Shown one piece after another: positions 28,814 to 40,029 of a DNA stretch of 54,284 nucleotides; positions within the stretch are counted from its first letter, which is position 1, and each line of letters begins with the position of its first letter. Below the pieces are notes generated by a model, which made no database searches, was not told the DNA's origin, and saw only the letters and a program-made list of their open reading frames with translations. Origin of the DNA: Anaerolineaceae bacterium (GTDB lineage Bacteria; Bacillota; Clostridia; Lachnospirales; Lachnospiraceae); NCBI GenBank assembly GCA_004294845.1, contig SHOH01000004.1, positions 1 to 54,284 on the forward strand, read 5' to 3'. The position numbers were made by a program, and so were the translations under genes.

Positions 28814-28862
28814 AATCTGCACCATGCAATAATAACCATTCTTTTATTGCATGGTGCAGATT
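28814..28862. terminator. Bidirectional terminator between convergent genes
   Basis: aatctgcaccatgcaataa/ttattgcatggtgcagatt 19-bp perfect stem. Confidence 0.85.
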
Positions 28863-28903
28863 GACATTGTAATATATTCCGGCTTTAGACACTAGACATG
28901 AAA

Positions 28904-29986
28904 TTACTTTCTTTTGATATATCCCTGTGCCTTTAGGAGTTCCGCTATAAGTACGGCTCCACCGGCTGCACCACGAACTGTATTATGAGATAATCCTACG
29001 AATTTATAATCATATACCGTGTCTTCACGAAGTCTTCCTAAGGTGACTCCCATACCATTCTCATAGTCTCTATCCAGTTTTGCCTGTGGGCGATTATCAT
29101 CTTCAAAGTATTTGATGAACTGCTTAGGAGCACTGGGTAGCTCAAGGTCTTGAGGAGCTCCCTTAAATTCATTCCATGCCTTAATAATCTCTTCCTTTGA
29201 AGGCTTTTTCTCGAAGCTGACAAATACCGCCGCCGTATGGCCATCTGTAACCGGTACACGAATACACTGAGTAGTAATCATAGGCTCCGAAGCCTTGACA
29301 ATCTTCCCATCTTCTACCTTTCCCCATATTCTAAGAGGCTCCTGTTCACTTTTTTCCTCTTCTCCTCCGATATAAGGAATTACGTTATCCACCATTTCTG
29401 GCCAGTCATTAAAATTTTTGCCAGCACCGGAAATTGCTTGGTATGTGGTAGCTACAACTACCTTAGGCTTATATTCTTTAAGGGCATGTAATGCAGGGGC
29501 ATAGCTTTGTATAGAGCAGTTTGGTTTTACCACAATAAATCCGCTGTCTGTTCCAAGACGCTTTTTCTGAGCTTCAATAACATTAAGATGCTCGGGATTC
29601 ATTTCTGGTATAACCATAGGAACATCATCAGTCCATCTATGTGCACTGTTATTGGATACTACAGGTGTACCTGTCTTTGCATATGCTTCCTCAATAGCCT
29701 TTATTTCATCCTTTGTCATATCCACAGCAGAGAATACAAAATCAACGTTAGCTGATACCTCTGATATCTCATTTACATTCTTTACGATCAAGCTTTTCAC
29801 ATTTTCAGGCATAGGTGTATTCATCTTCCATCTATCACCGACTGCCTCTTCATATGTCTTGCCGGCACTTCTGGGACTTGCCGCCACTAAAACTACCTCA
29901 AACCATGGATGGTTGTCAAGCAGGGAAATAAACCGCTGACCTACCATTCCGGTACCGCCTAGGATACCAACTCTCAATTTTTCCAT
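28904..29986 (-). CDS. asd: Aspartate-semialdehyde dehydrogenase
   Basis: GILGGTGMVGQR, SN.SAHR, PNCS, TYQAISGAG, RVPV.DGH, HNTVRGAAGG. Confidence 0.97.
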   Translation of the reverse strand: MEKLRVGILGGTGMVGQRFISLLDNHPWFEVVLVAASPRSAGKTYEEAVGDRWKMNTPMPENVKSLIVKNVNEISEVSANVDFVFSAVDMTKDEIKAIEEAYAKTGTPVVSNNSAHRWTDDVPMVIPEMNPEHLNVIEAQKKRLGTDSGFIVVKPNCSIQSYAPALHALKEYKPKVVVATTYQAISGAGKNFNDWPEMVDNVIPYIGGEEEKSEQEPLRIWGKVEDGKIVKASEPMITTQCIRVPVTDGHTAAVFVSFEKKPSKEEIIKAWNEFKGAPQDLELPSAPKQFIKYFEDDNRPQAKLDRDYENGMGVTLGRLREDTVYDYKFVGLSHNTVRGAAGGAVLIAELLKAQGYIKRK

Positions 29987-30189
29987 ATCATCCCTCCAGC
30001 TTTGTTCTTGTATGACAGACATTTGTCTTTCTAGTAAGTATACTATACTCTAAATTTTAAAAAAATCAATTCTTTTTCGTAAAAAATATTAATTTTGTCA
30101 ATTCTGTTAGTAAATATATAAAACACTTATAATATTCGTCATTTTTACCAAGCAAGAACCATAAGGGCCCATAAGTCTTCTCTAGTATT

Positions 30190-31173
30190 TTATTGAGATT
30201 GTTCTATATGAGCTGATTTGTATTCCTCCAGTATGAATTCTAAATCATCTATATTCTCTATCTCGTTTATTCTGCCTCTAAATTTAGCTGAGCCGGGAAA
30301 GCCCGAGATATACCATGCTACATGCTTTCGCATTTCTCTCATTCCGACATAATCGCCTTTGTATTCTATGGCTAATCGGCAATGACGAAGTATCATGTCA
30401 CTTACTTCACTAAATTCTGGCTTGGCCTTAATGATTCCATGGTCCAGATATGCTTTAACTTGCTCAAATATCCATGGATTGCCCCTTGCCCCTCTGGCAA
30501 TCATAATACCGTCACATCCGGTCTGTGTAAGCATATTCCTTGCATCATTAGGCGTTACCACGTCACCGCTTCCTATTACCGGTATGGACACAGCTTCCTT
30601 TACCTTACGGATTATATCCCAATCGGCCTTGCCGCTATAATACTGATCTCTTGTCCTTGCATGTACCGCTACGGCTGCTGCACCATTCTGCTCCGCAATC
30701 TTTGCTATTTCTACCCCATTGATGTCATCCTTGGTAAACCCCTTGCGGATCTTTACCGTTACAGGCTTATCTGTAGTTCTTACCGCTTTATTTATGATGT
30801 CTGCAACCAGCTTCGGATTGCACATTAGGGCAGAGCCCTCCCCGTTATTAACAACCTTTGGCACAGGACAGCCCATATTGATATCAAGAATATCATAGTT
30901 AATATCTTCAATTTGCTTGACGGCATCTGCCAATATATCAGGATCCGAACCAAAAAGCTGTATAGCCACAGGCTTTTCATCATTGCTAACAGCCAGAAGA
31001 TCTTTGGTATTCTTGTTATTATACCTGATACCTTTGCCACTTATCATCTCAGTATAGACTAAATCCACGCCCTTTTCCTTGCATAACAAACGAAATGGCA
31101 GGTCAGTTACCCCCGCCATTGGACCCAGACTTAGATTTCCTTTTATCTTTACATTACCTATATTAAAACTCAT
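30190..31173 (-). CDS. dusB: tRNA-dihydrouridine synthase B
   Basis: PMAGVTD.PFR, DINMGCP..KV, VTVKIRKG, HART..QYYSG.ADW, GNPW.F. Confidence 0.95.
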   Translation of the reverse strand: MSFNIGNVKIKGNLSLGPMAGVTDLPFRLLCKEKGVDLVYTEMISGKGIRYNNKNTKDLLAVSNDEKPVAIQLFGSDPDILADAVKQIEDINYDILDINMGCPVPKVVNNGEGSALMCNPKLVADIINKAVRTTDKPVTVKIRKGFTKDDINGVEIAKIAEQNGAAAVAVHARTRDQYYSGKADWDIIRKVKEAVSIPVIGSGDVVTPNDARNMLTQTGCDGIMIARGARGNPWIFEQVKAYLDHGIIKAKPEFSEVSDMILRHCRLAIEYKGDYVGMREMRKHVAWYISGFPGSAKFRGRINEIENIDDLEFILEEYKSAHIEQSQ

Positions 31174-31185
31174 ATGTTACTCCAA

Positions 31186-31962
31186 TTATCTAAGATTTTT
31201 ATTTTTATCGGCTATTAATTTTAAACCCTTTAGCTGTAAATCGGGATCGTAAATATCAATCACATCTGTATTATCCGCAATTATCCTTCCCAATCCGCCT
31301 GTGGCTACCACCGTACATTTATCCAGACCCGCTTCCTTAATCATTCTTTTTATGATATATTCCGTCTGACCTATGCATCCGAATACTAGCCCTGCCTGAA
31401 TACTGGTTACTGTGTCCTTAGCTAATATAGTATCCGGAAGAGCAATTTCAACCTCGGGAAGCTTAGCTGTATCCGCCCACATTGCATTGGCAGACATTTT
31501 TAGACCGGGACCGGTTACGGCGGCTATTAGTGAACCGTCCTCAGTAATAAGATCGTATTTGTTTGCTGTTCCAAAATCAGCTACTAGGACAGGCCCGCCA
31601 TATGTCTCATAAGCCCCTACTGCATCAGCTACCCTATCAGCTCCCACCTCCTTGGGATTTGGTATCGGAATTTTAATTCCTGTCTTGGTACCTACACCAA
31701 TATTTAAGGGTATTATGCCTAAATACTTCTTAATTCCTAAGACAATAGAATAATTTACTCTTGGTACTACGGATGAAATCGCCACAGTATCTATAGCTTC
31801 CTTACCGATACCCTTTAGATTCAGAAGATCCGATATAAAGAGCCCATACTCATCCGATGTTCTGTTTATCTGAGTAGTTAGGCGAAATTTTGCCTTTATT
31901 TCATTGTCATCAAAGACACCCATGGTTATATTTGTATTTCCAACATCAATTACAAATATCAT
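31186..31962 (-). CDS. coaX: Type III pantothenate kinase
   Basis: IDVGNTN, SSVVP, VGADR, DFGTA, ATGG; adjacent to dusB as is usual in Firmicutes. Confidence 0.95.
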   Translation of the reverse strand: MIFVIDVGNTNITMGVFDDNEIKAKFRLTTQINRTSDEYGLFISDLLNLKGIGKEAIDTVAISSVVPRVNYSIVLGIKKYLGIIPLNIGVGTKTGIKIPIPNPKEVGADRVADAVGAYETYGGPVLVADFGTANKYDLITEDGSLIAAVTGPGLKMSANAMWADTAKLPEVEIALPDTILAKDTVTSIQAGLVFGCIGQTEYIIKRMIKEAGLDKCTVVATGGLGRIIADNTDVIDIYDPDLQLKGLKLIADKNKNLR

Positions 31963-32023
31963 ACATTCTACCAGCCTTTCTTCATAGTCTATATTTTATC
32001 ATGAATAAGCAGATTATAAACTC

Positions 32024-32071
32024 GAAAGTCTTCGACTTTCTCGTTCGCTTAAAGGTTCAGCTTGCTGAACC
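32024..32071. repeat. REP-like double mini-hairpin
   Basis: gaaagtc-ttc-gactttc (32024-32040) and ggttcagc-tt-gctgaacc (32054-32071). Confidence 0.6.
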
Positions 32072-32172
32072 GATGCACTTTATCCATGTTAACCATCACA
32101 TTTTATTATGACATAAAAAGTATGTCATATAAAATGTGCTGTTTTCCATGGATTAATCTGCTTATTCGCGGA

Positions 32173-32514
32173 TTATAAAAGATTTGATGCATCTTCATTC
32201 AGAAAAAACACCCTATAATATATCTCAATTGCTTCTAAAAGTTCTTTCTTCGTTCTTTGGATTTCCTTTATTTTAAGAGCGCTTCCGATTTCATCAAAAT
32301 AAAAGTCCCCTTCGTCTACATCAACCTTAAAAAACAAAGTTCCGTCCTCCTCAAATTCCAAGGATAAAACGCCTCCCACATCTTCGGTATAGAGAACGCA
32401 CATTATTTTCAGTTCATTTTTAATCTGCTCGGGAAGCACCTGAAAATCCTCGTTAATATAAAATTTCTTTTCATAGGCACTGCTTGCACAAAGAACGACT
32501 CTGTCTTGATACAT
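32173..32514 (-). CDS. Conserved hypothetical protein (DUF6145-like)
   Basis: VLC.SSAYEKKFY.N..F..LP.QIK.EL.IMCVL.TEDVGG; family name from recall. Confidence 0.75.
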   Translation of the reverse strand: MYQDRVVLCASSAYEKKFYINEDFQVLPEQIKNELKIMCVLYTEDVGGVLSLEFEEDGTLFFKVDVDEGDFYFDEIGSALKIKEIQRTKKELLEAIEIYYRVFFLNEDASNLL

Positions 32515-32551
32515 AAGTAAGCTCCTTTATCTATAATCCTTGTGATCTTAT

Positions 32552-33490
32552 CTACTCATTACCCAAGGTAGCTACCATAATTGCCTTAATGGTATGCATA
32601 CGATTCTCTGCTTGATCAAATATAAGCTCACTAAACCTCTCAAACACCTCATAGGTTATCTCATTACCCTTAACAGCCGGAAGGCAATGAAGGACGATTG
32701 TATGGGCTTTACCAGTTTTGGCAAGTAGCTGGTCATTCACCTGATATGGCTTAAGTGCCTTTATCCGCTTGGCCGCTAAATCCTCTTCACCCATGGAACA
32801 CCACACATCGGTATAAATGGCATCTGCTCCTTCTACTGCTTCTACCTTATCGGTAATCTCAATTTTAGAACCTGAAGTGTTGGCATAATCCTTACAGATT
32901 TCTATAAGCTCTCCCTGAGGCCACAATGACTTAGGAGAAAGAATGGTGATATCTATCCCCATCTTGGATGAACCTATTAAAAGGCTATTGGCCATATTGT
33001 TGCGTCCATCTCCGACATACACCAGTTTTAACCCTTCAAGCTTACCAAACTGCTCTTTTAATGTCAAGAAGTCAGCTAGAATTTGTGTAGGATGATAGCT
33101 GTCTGTTAAGCCGTTCCAGACCGGAACGCCACTATACTTGGCTAGTTTTTCTACATTTTCATGAGAAAATCCACGAAACTGAATTCCGTCAAACATTCTT
33201 CCAAGAACTCTTGCAGTATCCTCTATACTTTCTTTATGGCCAAGCTGTATATCATCACTACCTAAATATTCGGGATGCCCTCCCTCATCAATACAGCCTA
33301 TAGTAAAAGAGCATCTGGTCCTTGTGGATGGTTTTTCAAAGATTAGCGCTATATTTTTACCCTTGAGGCTGTCTCCCAGTATCCCTTTTCTTTTCTTATC
33401 CTTTAGCAGTGTAGCCAAACTAAGTAAATAATCAATCTCATCCCTAGAATAATCCTTTAATGTTAAAAAACTGCGTCCCCTCAAATTCAT
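32552..33490 (-). CDS. argF: Ornithine carbamoyltransferase
   Basis: [36 protein letters not shown]. Confidence 0.96.
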   Translation of the reverse strand: MNLRGRSFLTLKDYSRDEIDYLLSLATLLKDKKRKGILGDSLKGKNIALIFEKPSTRTRCSFTIGCIDEGGHPEYLGSDDIQLGHKESIEDTARVLGRMFDGIQFRGFSHENVEKLAKYSGVPVWNGLTDSYHPTQILADFLTLKEQFGKLEGLKLVYVGDGRNNMANSLLIGSSKMGIDITILSPKSLWPQGELIEICKDYANTSGSKIEITDKVEAVEGADAIYTDVWCSMGEEDLAAKRIKALKPYQVNDQLLAKTGKAHTIVLHCLPAVKGNEITYEVFERFSELIFDQAENRMHTIKAIMVATLGNE

Positions 33491-33515
33491 ACTTATACCT
33501 CCAATATCTTGCGGT

Positions 33516-33551
33516 CTTATATTTATACCCATAATATGTTTATTTATACAT
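33516..33551 (-). promoter_or_regulatory. Putative ArgR/AhrC boxes
   Basis: ATGTATAAATAAACAT (33551-33536) and a degenerate second box GGGTATAAATATAAG upstream of argF. Confidence 0.6.
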
Positions 33552-33583
33552 TAATCCAAAACTTTTATAAAGTCAAGAAAAAT

Positions 33584-33625
33584 CTGCCCAAGTGACTGTT
33601 TATTTTACTTCGGTCTCTTGGGCAG
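33584..33625 (-). terminator. Probable terminator
   Basis: ctgcccaag/cttgggcag stem with a T-run on the minus strand. Confidence 0.6.
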
Positions 33626-33650
33626 CTTAAGTTTTTATTCATTATTAGTC

Positions 33651-35507
33651 TCATTCTTGTACATCATTAAATAACTTATACATCAAATTCTGTTCCAAAA
33701 TTTCCTTTGAGGTTTTCTTTAGCAAAAGTGCCTTTTCATATTCTTCATTATACTGCAGAACATCCACTTCTTCATTTGTTCCGATGCGCCATGCCCGGCT
33801 TTCCTCAAATACCTTTTCTCTTGATATCTGGAACATCACCTCATTATTTGCAAAAGATCCTTCAAAAAGATAGGTGGTAAATGCCACGAATCCTTGGCTG
33901 GCATTAGACAGATCCTGACCTAAAATCAATTTATTATCTAAGGTTAATCCCATGATATTTGCAATTGTAGGTAGAAAATCAATCTGTCCTCCGGTGGTTT
34001 GAATTGTCTCCTTTATATTGCTGTTAGGTATATGAATAAGCATCGGTACATTTAACATCTCATCATAATCATAGATTCTGCCAATAAACTTGCTTACACT
34101 TTCTCTTACATCCTCCATACCGCAGTTTAAGCCATGATGATCACCGTAAAATGCAATCACTGTATTATCATATAAGCCCGCCGCCTTCAAATCAGTGATA
34201 AACTGTCCGATTGCCTCATCAGTATAACGTACAGTCTGCAGGTAGGAGCCAAACTTTGTATCAATATCTTCTTCCAATAGCTCTAAGGACTGATGCCCCT
34301 CATCCAAATTAAATGGATGATGATTGGTTAGAGTGATTACAAATGAAAAGAATGGTGTCTGCTCATTAGAAAGCAAAGGAACTAGCTGTTCAAACATTGA
34401 CTTATCTGATATACCCATCCCAATTATATCATCCTGGTTTAAATCTTCCATGCTAATATAATCCTCAAAGCCCTGATAAGGATATGCAGCTTCTCTATTC
34501 CAGAAGTCCCCTTTATATCCATGGACCGCAAATACCCTATATCCTTCTTCTCTCATCAGCCAAGGAAGTCCATGAAAGGTATTATCCTCATAAAGACGAT
34601 AAATCTCTCCGTTTATTATAGGATATAGGCTGTTAAGGGATGAAAACTCAGCATCAGCTGTATTCCCCTTACCCGTATTTGAATAGTACTGATTAAAATA
34701 AATGGTATCATTTTCGATCAGCTTATTTAGGTTGGGGGTTATTTCCTGCCCATTATAGGAAGAATTTATCACAAAGTCTTGAAAAGCCTCCAGTTGAATA
34801 ACCACTAAATTCTTACCTTTTCCCCTCTGATAATACTTAGGTATAATCGGTTCCTGAACTATATCTTCAACTACTTCGAGTATCTCTTCCTCGTCCATCT
34901 CGCTCTTAGCAAGATTATCGGTTATGGTCTCGTAGATATCTCCCACATGGCTTGTGAAAAACTCCATGCTGTTAACTCTGGCAATTGCCGCTGAACTAAA
35001 TGGATTCGCTATCATAGTAAGTATAATAGTAGTAACCAGATAAAATGCCAGCTTAAGTTCGGTATGGTAGACAGGCTTCATGTTATTAAATTTTTTTGAA
35101 TATTTTTTAAAATAATTATATACAAATGGAATATCCACAAATAAAAGAAAGCTTGCGGGTATAAGTGTAGCTATAAAGCTAGCAGGTACTGCTGTCACTG
35201 CTTTTGCCTGCCAAAGCTGTCTGACTGATACGGTCTGATTATAATAATTATAATACATTGTATCGGAAAACATAAGAAGACTTAAAAGGCTGTATACAGT
35301 AAGGAATATTCCTCTTTTGCGCTTTAGTCCACATCTCCCGAAGAACATAAATATTATTCCCCATACAACCATACTGATTAATATCAGAATAAGTTCCATG
35401 CGATTTACATCTATAAGAGCATAATAAATCATCATCTTTAAGGCAAATAAAGCTGAAATACAATATGGTGATAATATAAATTCTTTAATTTTTTTCAAAT
35501 GTCTCAC
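33651..35507 (-). CDS. LTA synthase family protein (LtaS-like, sulfatase fold)
   Basis: N-terminal TMs; IQLEA.Q, TPNLN, G.GNTADAEF, TLTNHHP, YGDH. Confidence 0.92.
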   Translation of the reverse strand: MRHLKKIKEFILSPYCISALFALKMMIYYALIDVNRMELILILISMVVWGIIFMFFGRCGLKRKRGIFLTVYSLLSLLMFSDTMYYNYYNQTVSVRQLWQAKAVTAVPASFIATLIPASFLLFVDIPFVYNYFKKYSKKFNNMKPVYHTELKLAFYLVTTIILTMIANPFSSAAIARVNSMEFFTSHVGDIYETITDNLAKSEMDEEEILEVVEDIVQEPIIPKYYQRGKGKNLVVIQLEAFQDFVINSSYNGQEITPNLNKLIENDTIYFNQYYSNTGKGNTADAEFSSLNSLYPIINGEIYRLYEDNTFHGLPWLMREEGYRVFAVHGYKGDFWNREAAYPYQGFEDYISMEDLNQDDIIGMGISDKSMFEQLVPLLSNEQTPFFSFVITLTNHHPFNLDEGHQSLELLEEDIDTKFGSYLQTVRYTDEAIGQFITDLKAAGLYDNTVIAFYGDHHGLNCGMEDVRESVSKFIGRIYDYDEMLNVPMLIHIPNSNIKETIQTTGGQIDFLPTIANIMGLTLDNKLILGQDLSNASQGFVAFTTYLFEGSFANNEVMFQISREKVFEESRAWRIGTNEEVDVLQYNEEYEKALLLKKTSKEILEQNLMYKLFNDVQE

Positions 35508-35625
35508 CCTCTATGCGAACCCAAATTATGTCATACATTTACTAAATCCGTTCATGGCATAAATATACCACGATTTTATTAAAAATCAAGTAAAAAAATC
35601 TTAATAATTTCTTAATATAATCAAG

Positions 35626-35666
35626 CAGGGTGCCTAGAGTATGTCACCCATACCCAAGCACCCCTG
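35626..35666 (-). terminator. Hairpin after the SPFH gene
   Basis: cagggtgc..agtat/atac..gcacccctg. Confidence 0.5.
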
Positions 35667-35698
35667 TCATAATTATTAATAATAGCGTCTATGTCTTA

Positions 35699-36622
35699 TT
35701 AGTCTTTAATTACCTCTACCAAGGATCTAGCTAAACCTGCAATACCTTGAATTTCAGATGGAATAATAATCTTAGTTGCCTTGCCATCTGCTGCTTTCTC
35801 AAACGCCTCCATACTTCTTAACTGAAGTATCTCTGGTGTTGGATCGGATTCCTTAAGAAACTTAATTCCTTCAGCACGGGCTTTCTGTATCTGGAATATT
35901 GCCTCTGCCTCACCTTCTGCTTCTCTAACGATGGCTTCTTTCTTAGCCTCAGCACGAAGTATTGCAGATTCCTTCTCACCCTCTGCATTAAGAATAGCCG
36001 ACTCCTTATTACCCTCTGCAACAAGAATAGCCGATCTTTTCTGTCCCTCTGCTATAAGAATAGATTCCCTACGTTCTCGCTCAGCCTTCATCTGCTTCTC
36101 CATGGCATCCTGTATTGCTGCGGGAGGTATAATATTCTTTAACTCGACACGGGTTACCTTTATTCCCCAAGGATCAGTAGCTTCATCCAGTATCTGCCTC
36201 ATTTTAGTATTAATAATTTCTCTAGATGTTAATGTCTCGTCAAGCTCTAAATCACCAATTATATTCCTTAAGGTGGTTGCTGTTAAATTCTCAATTGCTA
36301 GTAATGGACTTTCCACACCATAGGTATATAGCTTTGGATCAGTTATTGCAAAGAATACTACAGTATCTATCTTCATTGTGACATTATCCTTGGTGATTAC
36401 CGGCTGTGGCGGAAAATCAACCACCTGTTCCTTTAGCAATACCCTTTTAGCTACTCTGTCAATAAGGGGCATCTTTAGATGTAATCCTACCTCCCAGGTT
36501 GCCTGATATCCTCCCAGACGCTCTAAAATATAAGCATTGGCCTGAGGCACTATCCTTACACAGGATGCAAGAATTAATAGAACCAGTATTGCAAAAATGA
36601 TGATAACTACTTCTGTAGGCAT
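35699..36622 (-). CDS. SPFH/stomatin family protein (QmcA-like)
   Basis: ERLG.Y, PQPVITKDNV, TTLRNIIG, DEATDPWG.KV.RVELK, AMEKQMKAERE. Confidence 0.95.
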   Translation of the reverse strand: MPTEVVIIIFAILVLLILASCVRIVPQANAYILERLGGYQATWEVGLHLKMPLIDRVAKRVLLKEQVVDFPPQPVITKDNVTMKIDTVVFFAITDPKLYTYGVESPLLAIENLTATTLRNIIGDLELDETLTSREIINTKMRQILDEATDPWGIKVTRVELKNIIPPAAIQDAMEKQMKAERERRESILIAEGQKRSAILVAEGNKESAILNAEGEKESAILRAEAKKEAIVREAEGEAEAIFQIQKARAEGIKFLKESDPTPEILQLRSMEAFEKAADGKATKIIIPSEIQGIAGLARSLVEVIKD

Positions 36623-36624
36623 CT

Positions 36625-37068
36625 TTATCCCTCCTTCTTTGTACTAACCATAAGCTTAACTCCAGATATACTCTTAACTATTACCTTTGTACCTTTTTCA
36701 ATTATATCCCCGTCTACCGATCTGGCTGACCATTCCAGCCCGTCAACAACAGCCCATCCGGTCGCATTAATATTGTCAATAGTAGCCGTAACCAAAGCTT
36801 CCTTTCCGATTACTGCTTCATAATTAGTCTTTGTACGGGTTGAATTAAAGTATTTTTTTACTATCGGTCTCGTAAAGAACAATAATACCAGGGATATTAC
36901 TAGGAATAATATGATTTCCAACAGCAAGTTATCATAGAATAAAGATACTATAAATGCCACAAGGGCTCCACCTGCAAACCAAATAGTTGTAAGTCCCAGG
37001 GTTACAATCTCAACGAAAATTAAAAATGCAAGTAGGATAAGCCATGCAATTGAATTCACCATCCCCAC
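36625..37068 (-). CDS. NfeD family protein
   Basis: Three TMs plus an OB-like C-terminus (G.EW.ARS, KV.V..I.GVKL.V); paired with the SPFH gene. Confidence 0.9.
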   Translation of the reverse strand: MGMVNSIAWLILLAFLIFVEIVTLGLTTIWFAGGALVAFIVSLFYDNLLLEIILFLVISLVLLFFTRPIVKKYFNSTRTKTNYEAVIGKEALVTATIDNINATGWAVVDGLEWSARSVDGDIIEKGTKVIVKSISGVKLMVSTKKEG

Positions 37069-37166
37069 TTCCCCCTTTCTTTTACTGATAATTCTATTCT
37101 ATAGAAAAAGCTTCGATAATACAATAGAAAAGCCTGTTTTTTAATTATATTTTAATATATCTTCTT

Positions 37167-38066
37167 TTATTCATCAGCCATATCTAATACAATTCTTCTC
37201 TGTCTAGCCGCCTCATACATTAATATAGCCGCAGCTACAGCAGCATTTAGAGATTCTACCTTGCCTGCCATCGGTATCTTTATTAGATTATCTGCCATAG
37301 ATGTAGCTTCCCCAGATAAACCCTTAGCTTCATTTCCGATTAGCAGACCGCATTTTCCCAAAAAGCTACCACTAGTATCATAAGAAATGCCGGATAAATG
37401 AGCAGCATATAGTTTACAACCAACAGTTTTTAAATGTTTAAGGATACCTATAAAGTCCTTTTCCTCAAAATACGGAACCCTATAAATAGAACCCATCGTG
37501 GATCTGACCACTTTGGGTTGTAAAATATCCGCACAGGAGCTGTTTAGGATAATTCCTGTAACACCTGCTCCTTCCGCGGTACGTATAATTGTTCCCAGAT
37601 TGCCCGGGTCTCGTATATCTTCTAAAAGCAATAAGAATGCATCTTTCTTATCAAGTATCTTATTTAGGGAATACTTGGGCACTCTAACAGTTCCCATAAT
37701 GCCCTGAGGTGTTATCGTATCTGTGACCTGCTTAAATATCGAATCTGTTACCAGCTCATAGTCCAGCTCGTAGAAAAACTCCGGAGCCTTAGCCTTTTCT
37801 TGATAGAAGCTTTCAGACACATATGCTTTAACCAATAATCCGCTATCCTTAGCCTCCTTAAGCATCTTGATTCCTTCCACTACGAACAAACCCTGTTCCT
37901 TTCTCGCTTTAGCTTTCTTCTGTAAAAGGGTCAGGTTCTTTATCTGTGGATTATTCATGCTGCTGATAAGTAGTCCCGAATTCATATCAATAACCTTATC
38001 TTTCTTCAATGTCTGCAAACTTTGTGCCCTAGGCACAAAGTTGCCTTTGAAGGATTTATCCTTCAA
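37167..38066 (-). CDS. TrmH/SpoU family RNA methyltransferase
   Basis: [35 protein letters not shown]; start position uncertain. Confidence 0.93.
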   Translation of the reverse strand: MKDKSFKGNFVPRAQSLQTLKKDKVIDMNSGLLISSMNNPQIKNLTLLQKKAKARKEQGLFVVEGIKMLKEAKDSGLLVKAYVSESFYQEKAKAPEFFYELDYELVTDSIFKQVTDTITPQGIMGTVRVPKYSLNKILDKKDAFLLLLEDIRDPGNLGTIIRTAEGAGVTGIILNSSCADILQPKVVRSTMGSIYRVPYFEEKDFIGILKHLKTVGCKLYAAHLSGISYDTSGSFLGKCGLLIGNEAKGLSGEATSMADNLIKIPMAGKVESLNAAVAAAILMYEAARQRRIVLDMADE

Positions 38067-39139
38067 ATGTCCTCTTGCATTTTACTAAGCTTTGCAGCTT
38101 GGTCTGCTGCAATCAGGCTGTCAATTATCTCATCAAGATCTCCGTTTAAGACAGCATCCAGCTGGTGAAGTGTCAGCTTTATTCTATGGTCTGTCACTCG
38201 TCCCTGAGGGAAGTTATATGTCCTAATCTTTTCAGAACGGTCTCCGGTACCTATCTGACTCTTTCTTGCCTCAGCCTCGGCACTCTGCGCCTTCTCCATT
38301 TCAATTTCATATAGGCGGGAACGCAAAACCTTAATGGCTTTATCCTTGTTCTTTAACTGAGACTTCTCGTCCTGACATGTTATAACTATTCCTGTGGGTA
38401 CATGTGTTAATCTGACTGCCGAGTCCGTGGTGTTAACACTTTGTCCGCCGTTACCGGAGGATCTAAATACGTCAAACTTGCATTCACTTAAATCAATATC
38501 TATATCCACCTCATCAGCCTCAGGCATAATTGCTACGGTTGAAGTAGATGTATGAATCCTTCCGCCTGATTCAGTGACCGGAACTCTCTGAACACGGTGA
38601 ACTCCACTTTCATACTTAAGCTTGGAGTAGGCTCCCTTACCATTAATCATGAAGATGACCTCTTTAAATCCGCCTATTCCATTCTCGTTCAGATTCATCA
38701 TGTCAATCTTCCACCGGTTTCGTTCTGCATACATTACATACATACGATATAACTCAGCAGCAAATAGTGCTGCCTCATCGCCTCCGGCTCCACCTCTTAT
38801 TTCAACTATAACGTTCTTATAGTCATTTGGGTCCTTGGGAAGCAGCAGTATCTTAAGCTCTTCTTCTATTTCACTTATTCTTTGCTTACTTTCATTCAGT
38901 TCTTCTCTGGCAAGCTCACGAATCTCCTCATCGCTTTCTTCATCCAGCATCAAAAGACTGTCTTCCATGGTCTTTTGATTATCCTTATATTCCAGATACT
39001 TGTCAACAATCTCAGTAAGGTCCGATTGTTCCTTCATGAGCCTCCTGTAATTATTCTGATCATTTACTACATTGGGATCTAATAGTTCTTTTTCTATTTC
39101 TCTATATCTTATGAGAATATCCTCCAAACGATCAAACAT
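38063..39139 (-). CDS. prfA: Peptide chain release factor 1
   Basis: GGQ motif, PVT recognition loop (RVPVTE), [18 protein letters not shown]. Confidence 0.98.
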   Translation of the reverse strand: MFDRLEDILIRYREIEKELLDPNVVNDQNNYRRLMKEQSDLTEIVDKYLEYKDNQKTMEDSLLMLDEESDEEIRELAREELNESKQRISEIEEELKILLLPKDPNDYKNVIVEIRGGAGGDEAALFAAELYRMYVMYAERNRWKIDMMNLNENGIGGFKEVIFMINGKGAYSKLKYESGVHRVQRVPVTESGGRIHTSTSTVAIMPEADEVDIDIDLSECKFDVFRSSGNGGQSVNTTDSAVRLTHVPTGIVITCQDEKSQLKNKDKAIKVLRSRLYEIEMEKAQSAEAEARKSQIGTGDRSEKIRTYNFPQGRVTDHRIKLTLHQLDAVLNGDLDEIIDSLIAADQAAKLSKMQEDI

Positions 39140-39161
39140 CAATCATTCCTCCATTATTTTA

Positions 39162-39995
39162 TCAAAATGACTTTCTCGCATATACTATACGATCTAGCTC
39201 ATTAAAATCTTTCTTTATAATTATATCTACTAATCCTGCCTCATAAAGCATCTCCTTAACAGCTTCCCCCTGGTCATATCCTATTTCAAAATATACATAC
39301 CCTCCGGGATTTAGATACCTATGAAGGTCATTTATAATCCTTTCATAAAATATCAGGCCGTCAGGTCCACCGTCCAATGCTTGCTTAGGTTCGTGATCCT
39401 TAACCTCAGGCATTAATGACTTTAATTCCTCGTTTCTTATATAAGGTGGATTTGATACTATGATATCATAGTTTCCCACAACTCTCTCAAATAAATCACC
39501 CTGAATGAAGTTCACATCGGCATTAAGTTTTTTTGCATTTCTATTAGCTATTTGTAATGCTTTTTGGGATATATCTGTACCGATTGCCTTTTTTAAGTTC
39601 CCCAATTTTGAAAGGGATATGATTATACATCCCGAACCCGTGCAGACATCCAGCACTGATTTGTTATTGCAGACCTTTAATACCTCTTCCACCAAAAGCT
39701 CTGTATCCTGTCTTGGAATAAGGACATTTTCGTCTACATCAAACTCCAAGCCCATAAATTCCTGTGTCCCAGTGAGATATTGCAAAGGTATGTGTAAAGC
39801 TCTCTTTTTGATTAATTCCTTATATAGCAGAGCCTTATCCATAGAAGCTTCTTCATTCCCATACATGAAAAAACCTGCTCTGTTAATCCCAAACACATGG
39901 GCTAGCAGATACCATGCATCTAAGTCGGCATCTGCTATCCCATTATCTTTAAGGAATTCACGTGCAGTCTGCAATAATTCTTTATAATTGCTCAT
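39162..39995 (-). CDS. prmC: Release factor glutamine methyltransferase
   Basis: VLIPR.DTE, D.CTGSG.I, SNPPYI, EP..ALDGG.DGL; adjacent to prfA. Confidence 0.96.
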   Translation of the reverse strand: MSNYKELLQTAREFLKDNGIADADLDAWYLLAHVFGINRAGFFMYGNEEASMDKALLYKELIKKRALHIPLQYLTGTQEFMGLEFDVDENVLIPRQDTELLVEEVLKVCNNKSVLDVCTGSGCIIISLSKLGNLKKAIGTDISQKALQIANRNAKKLNADVNFIQGDLFERVVGNYDIIVSNPPYIRNEELKSLMPEVKDHEPKQALDGGPDGLIFYERIINDLHRYLNPGGYVYFEIGYDQGEAVKEMLYEAGLVDIIIKKDFNELDRIVYARKSF

Positions 39996-40029
39996 ATTAT
40001 CACTCTATGCCCTCCGGTCTGCTAAGCAG

